A stretch of DNA of 64,000 nucleotides, taken from the NCBI GenBank assembly GCA_965203055.1, contig OZ241863.1, positions 3,360,001 to 3,424,000 on the forward strand. Reading direction: 5' to 3'. The position numbers and the translations under genes are program-made. The notes beneath the pieces are model-generated. The model made no database searches and was not told where the DNA came from. It saw nothing but the letters and a program-made list of their open reading frames with translations. This document shows, in pieces, positions 57,195 to 64,000 of the stretch. The stretch comes from Spirochaetia bacterium (GTDB lineage Bacteria > Spirochaetota > Spirochaetia > SZUA-6 > Bin103). Within the stretch, counting starts at the first letter, position 1; every line of letters starts with the position of its first letter.

Positions 57195-60100
57195 ATGACG
57201 ACCCTGTCAGCGGACCTGCGCCGGCAACTGGAGCGCACCGTCATGCAAGCGCGCCACGTCGCCGAGACCGGCGCCCGGGCGGCGCTGGAAGCGCTCGCCG
57301 TTGCCGAACCCCAGCCCTACGTTCACATGGACGGCGCGCAGCGCGACCTGCGCCTGCGGTTGCGCGCCCACGCCCGGCAGCTCGGCGACCGGCTCGGCGC
57401 CGCCGCGGGAGCACGGTCAATCGATCACGTGGTCTACGAGTGCGCCTTTGAGCACTGGCACGGCATGCTGTTCGCCCGCTTCCTGGCCGAGAACCACCTG
57501 CTGATCGAGCCGGAACTGGGCATCGAGGTCACCCTGGCCGAATGCGCGGAACTGGCGCAGGAGGAACAGGACGCCGACCAGTGGACGCTGGCCGCGCGCT
57601 TCGCCCAACGCATGCTGCCGCAAGTGTTCCGGCCCGACCACCCGGCTTTCGCGGTCCGCCTCGCCCGCGAACACCGGCTGGCGTTGGAGCGGCTGGTCGA
57701 GAGCCTGCCGGCGGAGGTGTTCGCGGCAGCCGACTCGCTCGGCTGGGTCTACCAGTTCTGGCAGTCCGGCCGTAAGGCCGAGGTGAACCGCTCCGAGGTC
57801 AAGATCGGTGCGGAAGAGATGCCCGCAGTGACGCAACTGTTCACCGAGCCCTACATGGTGAGCTTCCTGCTGGACAACTCCCTGGGGGCGTGGTGGGCGG
57901 CGCGCCGCCTGACCGACCTGAACGAGGCCGCGCTAACCGACGCCGGCACGGAATCGGAACTGCGCCGAGCGGTGGCGCTGCCCGGCGTGCCGCTCGACTA
58001 TCTGCGCTTCGTGCGCCACGACGAAGGAGAAGGAACAGGGCCTGCGCGGTGGCGCCCGGCAGCCGGCGCGTTCGACCGCTGGCCCGAGCAGCTCGGCGAC
58101 CTCAAGGTTCTGGACCCCTGCTGCGGTTCGGGTCACTTCCTGGTCGCCGCCTTGGGCATGCTGGTGCCGATGCGCATGGCAAGCGAGGGGCTGACCGCGC
58201 GCGCAGCCGTGGATGCGGTGCTGCGCGACAACCTGCACGGCCTGGAACTGGACCGACGCTGCGTGGAGCTGGCCGCGTTCGCCCTGGCGCTGGCCGCCTG
58301 GCGCTGGCCCGGCGCCGGCGGCTATCGGCCGCTGCCGTCGCTGAACGTGGCCTGCTCCGGGCTCGCGCCCAACGCGGCCAAGGAGGAGTGGATCACGTTG
58401 GCGGAGCAGGCCGCCGCCGGCGATACCGCGCTTTCGGCTCAGCTTCGCGGCAGCCTGGACGCGCTGCACGATCTGTTTCGGCAGGCGCCGCTGCTGGGCT
58501 CGCTGATCGACCCGCGGACGCTGAAGCGGGAGTTGTTTCAGGGTGACTACGAGTCGGTGCAGGCGCTGTTCGCCGCCGCGGCCGCATCGGAGCGCGCCAC
58601 CTTCGAGCAGACCGAGCGGGCGGTAGCGGCGCAGGGAATCGCGCGCGCCGCCGAGTTGCTGGCCGGCCGCTACCACCTCGTGATCACCAACGTTCCCTAC
58701 CTCACGCGCCGCAAGCAGAACAAAGATCTGCGCGCCTTCTGCGAAGCCCGCTACCCGGCCGCCAAGAACGATCTGGCCACCGTATACCTGGAACGTGCCT
58801 TGAGTCTGTGCGTAGAAGGAGGAACCGCCAGCTTGGTGCTGCCGCAGAACTGGCTGTTTCTCACGAGCTACCGACTGCTCCGCGAGAAGCTGCTCAAGCG
58901 CGAGGCGTGGCATCTGCTCGCCCGGCTGGGGGAAGGAGGATTCGAGTCATCCGCAGCCGCCGGCGCGTTTGCTGTGTTGCTTACGTTGAGCCGCGGCAGT
59001 CCGGCCGATCAACCACTCCGATTGTCCCGCAACCAGACAGCGGACCGCGGAGTATACGGTCTGGACGTTGCTGTAGCTCCAACCGCGAACCAGAAGGCCA
59101 AGCAGCTATTGACTGCGGAGATGACAGGATATCAGCAGCAGGAATACCTGCGAAATCCGAAGGCAGTCATTACGTCTGGCCGTCCTCCTGCAAGCGGAAT
59201 GCAGTTGGCAGAAGGCGCTGACTACGGCAAGGGCAGTACTACCGGTGACGCCCCGAGATTCCTGTCCTGCTTCTGGGAGTTTCCCGAAATCGCGTCCTAT
59301 CATGTCTTGTGGCTCAACTCGCCAAGTGAGCATGCATGGTCCGGAAGGACGCAGATTTGCACGGTGCCATTGAACCACGAGGACCTGAGCGTCCAGAGAG
59401 GATGTCGGATACACGGCCAGCGTGTCTTTGGTCGTCCCGGAGTCGCAGTCAACAAGATGCGGCGGTTGGAACCGTTTCTCTACGCCGGGGAAGTGTTCGA
59501 CGACAACGTATGCCCGATCGCACCGAAAGATGCTGGCCTGATCCCGGCCGTATGGTCATACGTCCAGTCGACTCACTATCACGACGATGTACGGTCCATT
59601 GACCAAAAGCTGAACGTTACGGCCGGGACGCTGACGTCCGTTCCCTTCGACCTGGACCGCTGGACCGAAGTCGCCGCCGAACAATATCCCAACGGCCTTC
59701 CGCTTCCCTACACCGACGATCCCACGCAGTGGATATTCCACGGCCATCCGTGCGGGTCGGTCATCTGGGACGAAACGACCAAACGCACCACCAACGGACC
59801 GTTCCGGCAGGATGCCGGCGTGCTGCAGGTCGCCGTCGCCCGCCTGCTCGGCTACCGCTGGCCGGCGGAACGGGACGATGCCATGGAACTGGCCCCGGAA
59901 CAGCGCGCCTGGGTCCGCCGCTGCGCCACGCTGCACCACTTCGCCGACCAGGACGGCATCGTCTGCCTGCCGGCGGTGCGCGGCGAACTGCCCGCTGCCG
60001 ACCGCCTGCTGCGCCTGCTGGCCGCCGCCTTCGGCGAAGCATGGAGCGACGCCACCCTCCCGCGCCTGCTCGCCGCTGCCGGCAGCGCCAGCCTCGACGA

Positions 60101-60815
60101 CTGGTTGCGCAACCGCTTCTTCGAGCAGCACTGCAAGCGATTCCATCACCGCCCGTTCGTCTGGCACGTCTGGGACGGCCGCCGCGACGGCTTTCACGCC
60201 CTGGTCAACTACCACAAGCTGGCAGCCGAGGGCCGTAAAGGCCGGCAGCTCCTTGAATCCCTCACCTACAGCTACCTGGGCGACTGGATCACGCGCCAGA
60301 AAGACGGCGTGGAACGCGGCGCCGCGGGCGCCGAGGATCGGCTTGCCGTCGCCTTTGCACTGCAACGGCGCCTCGCTGCCATCCTCGACGGCGAACCGCC
60401 GTTCGACCTGTTCATCCGCTGGAAGCCGCTCGCCCAACAACCGACCGGCTGGCACCCGGACGTCAACGACGGCGTACGGCTCAACATCCGTCCATTCATG
60501 GCCGCCGACCTCGACGGCGGCAAGAAGGGCGCCGGCATCTTGCGCGCCAAGCCGAACGTCCACTGGCGCAAGGACCGCGGCAAGGAACCCCGCACGCTGG
60601 CTGACGGCGGCAAGCCCTCGCCCTGGGCGCAAGACGACCGCGACCTGGACGACGACCGCGACCTGCGCCCCAAGGAAGACTACCCGTGGTTCTGGCACGG
60701 CGACCAGTTCACCGGCGACCGGGTAAACGACATCCATCTCACGAACGCCGAGAGATCAGCGCCCCGGGCTCATCCTATCTCGTACTACTTCTCACGGACG
60801 GCCCGTTCGATATAG
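57195..60815 (+). CDS. pglX: BREX adenine methyltransferase PglX/BrxX
   Basis: TQLFTEPYMV, LDPCCGSGHF (motif I), NVPY (motif IV), HHRPFVWHVWDG, DVNDGVRLNIRPF. Confidence 0.9.
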   Translation: MTTLSADLRRQLERTVMQARHVAETGARAALEALAVAEPQPYVHMDGAQRDLRLRLRAHARQLGDRLGAAAGARSIDHVVYECAFEHWHGMLFARFLAENHLLIEPELGIEVTLAECAELAQEEQDADQWTLAARFAQRMLPQVFRPDHPAFAVRLAREHRLALERLVESLPAEVFAAADSLGWVYQFWQSGRKAEVNRSEVKIGAEEMPAVTQLFTEPYMVSFLLDNSLGAWWAARRLTDLNEAALTDAGTESELRRAVALPGVPLDYLRFVRHDEGEGTGPARWRPAAGAFDRWPEQLGDLKVLDPCCGSGHFLVAALGMLVPMRMASEGLTARAAVDAVLRDNLHGLELDRRCVELAAFALALAAWRWPGAGGYRPLPSLNVACSGLAPNAAKEEWITLAEQAAAGDTALSAQLRGSLDALHDLFRQAPLLGSLIDPRTLKRELFQGDYESVQALFAAAAASERATFEQTERAVAAQGIARAAELLAGRYHLVITNVPYLTRRKQNKDLRAFCEARYPAAKNDLATVYLERALSLCVEGGTASLVLPQNWLFLTSYRLLREKLLKREAWHLLARLGEGGFESSAAAGAFAVLLTLSRGSPADQPLRLSRNQTADRGVYGLDVAVAPTANQKAKQLLTAEMTGYQQQEYLRNPKAVITSGRPPASGMQLAEGADYGKGSTTGDAPRFLSCFWEFPEIASYHVLWLNSPSEHAWSGRTQICTVPLNHEDLSVQRGCRIHGQRVFGRPGVAVNKMRRLEPFLYAGEVFDDNVCPIAPKDAGLIPAVWSYVQSTHYHDDVRSIDQKLNVTAGTLTSVPFDLDRWTEVAAEQYPNGLPLPYTDDPTQWIFHGHPCGSVIWDETTKRTTNGPFRQDAGVLQVAVARLLGYRWPAERDDAMELAPEQRAWVRRCATLHHFADQDGIVCLPAVRGELPAADRLLRLLAAAFGEAWSDATLPRLLAAAGSASLDDWLRNRFFEQHCKRFHHRPFVWHVWDGRRDGFHALVNYHKLAAEGRKGRQLLESLTYSYLGDWITRQKDGVERGAAGAEDRLAVAFALQRRLAAILDGEPPFDLFIRWKPLAQQPTGWHPDVNDGVRLNIRPFMAADLDGGKKGAGILRAKPNVHWRKDRGKEPRTLADGGKPSPWAQDDRDLDDDRDLRPKEDYPWFWHGDQFTGDRVNDIHLTNAERSAPRAHPISYYFSRTARSI

Positions 60816-60824
60816 GATCAACCA

Positions 60825-62060
60825 ATGCAACCATCTCCCGCAATACATAATCCCGACCGCTACATGACGGCCTTTCGTCAAATCCTTTCCCAGGGCCGCA
60901 AGCGTATCGGGATCCTGATTGGTGCGGGAGCGCCAACGTCGATTCGCGACGACAGAGACAGTCCACTTATTCCGAATGTTGAAGGTCTCACAAATGCCGT
61001 AATAGACACAATGAACAGTGATGATCGTAAAGTAGTTGAATCTCTCAAGAAACAAATTAAGCAAACAGGAAAGACCATTAACATCGAAACAATACTTACG
61101 CAAGTTCGTTTACTCTCTCAGGCCCTTGGAAATTCGGAAGTTTATGGTCTGAATGGCGACGAATACGGCGAATTGGCACGCCGAATATGTAGTAAGATAG
61201 GTGAGATAGTAGGTGCTCGATTGCCTGTCTCACCTAATCCATATACAGAATTGGTGTCCTGGATATCGGGCACGCAAAGAGAACACTCGGTCGAAATTTT
61301 TACACCCAACTACGACTTGTTGATCGAGGAAGCCTTCGAGCGTTCCAGAGTTCCTTATTTCGATGGATTCAGCGGGTCCTATAGACCGTTTTTTGATGCG
61401 GCTAGCGTCTCTTCCGACGTACTACCGGCACGTTGGGCGCGTCTGTGGAAGCTCCACGGTTCATTGGGATGGAAGATATCAGATAATGCGGTAGTCAGAA
61501 CCGGTCGACGAAATGCAACCGAACTGATATATCCCGACCACCTTAAGTACGATCAAGTTAGGAGACTTCCGTATTCGGCATTATTCGAGCGACTTCGTAC
61601 GTTTCTTTTGATTTCGGATACACTTCTCATCTGTACCGGATTTTCGTTTCTTGATTCGCACATCTGTGCGGTATTGGACGAAGCATTGGCAGAAAACGCT
61701 CATACCGCGATATATGCTTTTCAGTACGGTGAACTCAGCAGAGAGTCGGCGGCTGCTCAGATTGCGCGGTCTCGACCCAATATCAGCATCTACGCTCCAG
61801 ACGGCGCGATCGTCAACGGCGTTAAGGGACTGTGGCGGTTAGGTCATCCTCCTAGCGCAGACTGGGAGGACATCCGTCAGACGTTCTGGAATACGACACC
61901 GAGTGATGGCCAGTATCCGTTTTTGCTAGGCGACTTCGCGATGCTAGCGAGATTCTTGGCATTGATCCAGGCTCCGCAGATAGCATCGTCGGCATCTGAC
62001 CAGAGATCGGACGACTCGGATCAGCTATCTATTCGGGAGCACCATGATGCTCAGTCGTGA
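60825..62060 (+). CDS. SIR2-like NADase of a SIR2-HerA anti-phage system
   Basis: LIGAGA, FTPNYDLLIE, KLHGSLGW, GFSFLDSHI; strongly lower GC. Confidence 0.9.
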   Translation: MQPSPAIHNPDRYMTAFRQILSQGRKRIGILIGAGAPTSIRDDRDSPLIPNVEGLTNAVIDTMNSDDRKVVESLKKQIKQTGKTINIETILTQVRLLSQALGNSEVYGLNGDEYGELARRICSKIGEIVGARLPVSPNPYTELVSWISGTQREHSVEIFTPNYDLLIEEAFERSRVPYFDGFSGSYRPFFDAASVSSDVLPARWARLWKLHGSLGWKISDNAVVRTGRRNATELIYPDHLKYDQVRRLPYSALFERLRTFLLISDTLLICTGFSFLDSHICAVLDEALAENAHTAIYAFQYGELSRESAAAQIARSRPNISIYAPDGAIVNGVKGLWRLGHPPSADWEDIRQTFWNTTPSDGQYPFLLGDFAMLARFLALIQAPQIASSASDQRSDDSDQLSIREHHDAQS

Positions 62061-63879
62061 TCCCACATATCTTGGCACGATAGAAGCGGTGTCGGGCGCT
62101 GCGCTCAACGTTCATCTTGCTCCGTCCGTGGCTTCGGGACTGTCAATTATCAAGGGACAGACCTATAGGGTTGGCCAAGTGGGCAGCTTCGTCAGAGTTC
62201 CGCAGGGTTATCAAGACTTGTTCGGGGTCATTTCAGAAGTTGGAGCTAGCGCCGTGCCTGATCAGTTTGATCCCGGCACTGACACTGGACGCTGGATGAA
62301 GATTGAGCTAGTTGGTGAGACTGTCGGCCAGACGTTCGAGCGGGGAGTGAGTCAGTATCCCAACATAGGGGATGCCGTTCACTTGGCAATCGAGGAGCAT
62401 CTACGAAGTATCTATGACGTACGAGGCCATGGCTATGTTGTGATAGGGGCACTTTCCAGTGCGGAGAGCATTTCGGCAAAGGTAGCGCTTAACGAGCTGG
62501 TGACAAGACACTCGGCAGTCCTCGGATCCACCGGATCCGGCAAGTCTACAACGATAGCCAGTCTGCTTCGGGCGATTACCACGGTTAATGATGGGAATGA
62601 TCAATACCCTAGCGCACGAGTCATGGTCCTCGACATACATGGAGAATACTCCGTGCCTCTTGCGGACGTATCGCAGGTGTTCAGCGTCGAGCCACAGTAT
62701 GAAGAAGAGCGCTTGTATATACCCTATTGGGCGCTGGATACTGGCGACCTGCTGGATTTCTTGACTGGGGGAGTGCAGGACAACCAAGCGGCTGCCTTTA
62801 CTGACAAGATTTTTAACCTGAAGGTGGCTTCGCACCAAGCACAGCGGTTTCCAGGTGTCGATCGCGCCTCGATAACCGTTGATACGCCACTTCCATACAG
62901 CCTCAAGAGGCTTTGGCACGAACTCATCGATGTTGAGATCGCGACCTTCGAAGGAAAAGATCGTGATCAGTCTACATGCTACGATCGGGGAAACGCAGAT
63001 ATGCTCGATCGACCGAAGTACAGGCCGCATGCGATGGGATCCGCGGGGCCGTTCTTGAATCCACTGGCTCGCGGAATCGTGCGCCCCCTGGACTTGTTGC
63101 GTTCACGACTGCTTGATCGCCGCTACGACTTTCTTTTGTGTCCCGGCCCGTGGGAACCCGACCTTACTGGTAAGCCGCGGAAAGATCTGGATGAACTTCT
63201 CGGCGACTGGCTCGGCGGCGAAAAACCGATCACCATCCTGGATCTGTCGGGCGTTCCGAGTGGCGTCCTTGAACGCCTCGTGGGCTCGATACTCAAGATC
63301 GTCTACGAAGCGCTGTTCTGGAGCCGCGAGAAGACCGAAGGCGGGATCGAGCGTCCGCTGCTGATCGTGATGGAGGAAGCCCATCGCTACATGTCGAGCC
63401 GATCGGCAGGCACCGCCTCGGAAGTAATTCAACGAATCGCGAAGGAGGGCCGTAAGTACGGCGTGGGCGCTATGGTTGTCAGTCAGCGGCCCTCTGATGT
63501 GGACGAGACGGTGTTGTCGCAGTGCGGTACTTTTTTCGCGCTGCGGCTATCAAACCCCGAAGACCGAGCTCGTGTACGAGGTACGCTACCGGACGGTCTT
63601 GTCGGCCTTCTTGACGTTCTGCCAATTCTCCGCACAGGAGAAGCCATCGTCACCGGCGAAGCGGCAAAGCTGCCGATGCGCTGTCGCGTGACGCTTCCAT
63701 CGAAGAAACACCGGCCTCGTAGCGAGGATCCGGAGATCAGCAAGAAGTGGGGACTTCAGAGGCGCGAGGAAGGCTATCAACGGGTCGTGGCTTCATGGAG
63801 ATCGCAGAGCCCTATCGCGGTTACCAAGGAGTTGGATTTGCAGCGAACCCAGGTCGAGGATGACTCGGCCGTAGATTAG
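62044..63879 (+). CDS. herA: HerA helicase/ATPase (HAS barrel plus DUF87)
   Basis: VGQVGSFVR, RHSAVLGSTGSGKS, DIHGEY, MEEAHRY, KEGRKYG, SQRPS. Confidence 0.92.
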   Translation: MMLSRDPTYLGTIEAVSGAALNVHLAPSVASGLSIIKGQTYRVGQVGSFVRVPQGYQDLFGVISEVGASAVPDQFDPGTDTGRWMKIELVGETVGQTFERGVSQYPNIGDAVHLAIEEHLRSIYDVRGHGYVVIGALSSAESISAKVALNELVTRHSAVLGSTGSGKSTTIASLLRAITTVNDGNDQYPSARVMVLDIHGEYSVPLADVSQVFSVEPQYEEERLYIPYWALDTGDLLDFLTGGVQDNQAAAFTDKIFNLKVASHQAQRFPGVDRASITVDTPLPYSLKRLWHELIDVEIATFEGKDRDQSTCYDRGNADMLDRPKYRPHAMGSAGPFLNPLARGIVRPLDLLRSRLLDRRYDFLLCPGPWEPDLTGKPRKDLDELLGDWLGGEKPITILDLSGVPSGVLERLVGSILKIVYEALFWSREKTEGGIERPLLIVMEEAHRYMSSRSAGTASEVIQRIAKEGRKYGVGAMVVSQRPSDVDETVLSQCGTFFALRLSNPEDRARVRGTLPDGLVGLLDVLPILRTGEAIVTGEAAKLPMRCRVTLPSKKHRPRSEDPEISKKWGLQRREEGYQRVVASWRSQSPIAVTKELDLQRTQVEDDSAVD

Positions 63880-63889
63880 GAGGGATATC

Positions 63890-64000
63890 TTGGAGAAGCA
63901 GCGTGTCTCGTCTTCTACGGTGATGTCGATAGGATACGACCGCCAGACTGAGACGCTCGAGATCGAGTTCGGGAGCGGCCGCGTATACCAGTACTATGGC
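63890..64000 (+). CDS. KTSC domain protein (partial, runs off window end)
   Basis: AGGAGG RBS and TTG start; (M)EKQRVSSSTVMSIGYDRQTETLEIEFGSGRVYQYYG. Confidence 0.85.
   Translation, partial: MEKQRVSSSTVMSIGYDRQTETLEIEFGSGRVYQYYG

Noticed and set aside
60633..60665. 15-nt repeat gacgaccgcgacctg near the pglX 3' end
   Set aside because: Small in-frame slippage duplication (DDRDLDDDRDL) with no evidence of function

Overview
GC-rich bacterial chromosome segment. Housekeeping and metabolic blocks (queG-mnmE-mnmG, Liv-type ABC transporter, GH29 fucosidase, miaB plus a four-gene mevalonate operon) alternate with defence and mobile cargo. The internalin-like LRR/FN3/Calx-beta autotransporter, Rpn and Uma2 nucleases, PhyH dioxygenase and mevalonate pathway suggest a host-associated symbiont, possibly a sponge-associated spirochaete (inference only). 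Main points: (1) a 1.8-kb element (23159-24961) with 11-bp terminal inverted repeats and an 8-bp target duplication that encodes an HNH endonuclease but no recognisable transposase; (2) a MAD6/7/8- or DndFGH-like restriction triad (25056-35866) with no modification gene of its own, about 11 kb upstream of a BREX locus (brxA-brxB-brxC...pglX) that is interrupted by extra cargo and followed by SIR2-HerA-KTSC; (3) a diverged tandem duplication of Rpn genes, each with an internal RBS and ATG for a small C-terminal protein; (4) an intact ISAs1-family element with a DUF4338 fusion. No tRNA, rRNA or CRISPR array was seen. All family calls come from motif recognition by eye, not database searches.
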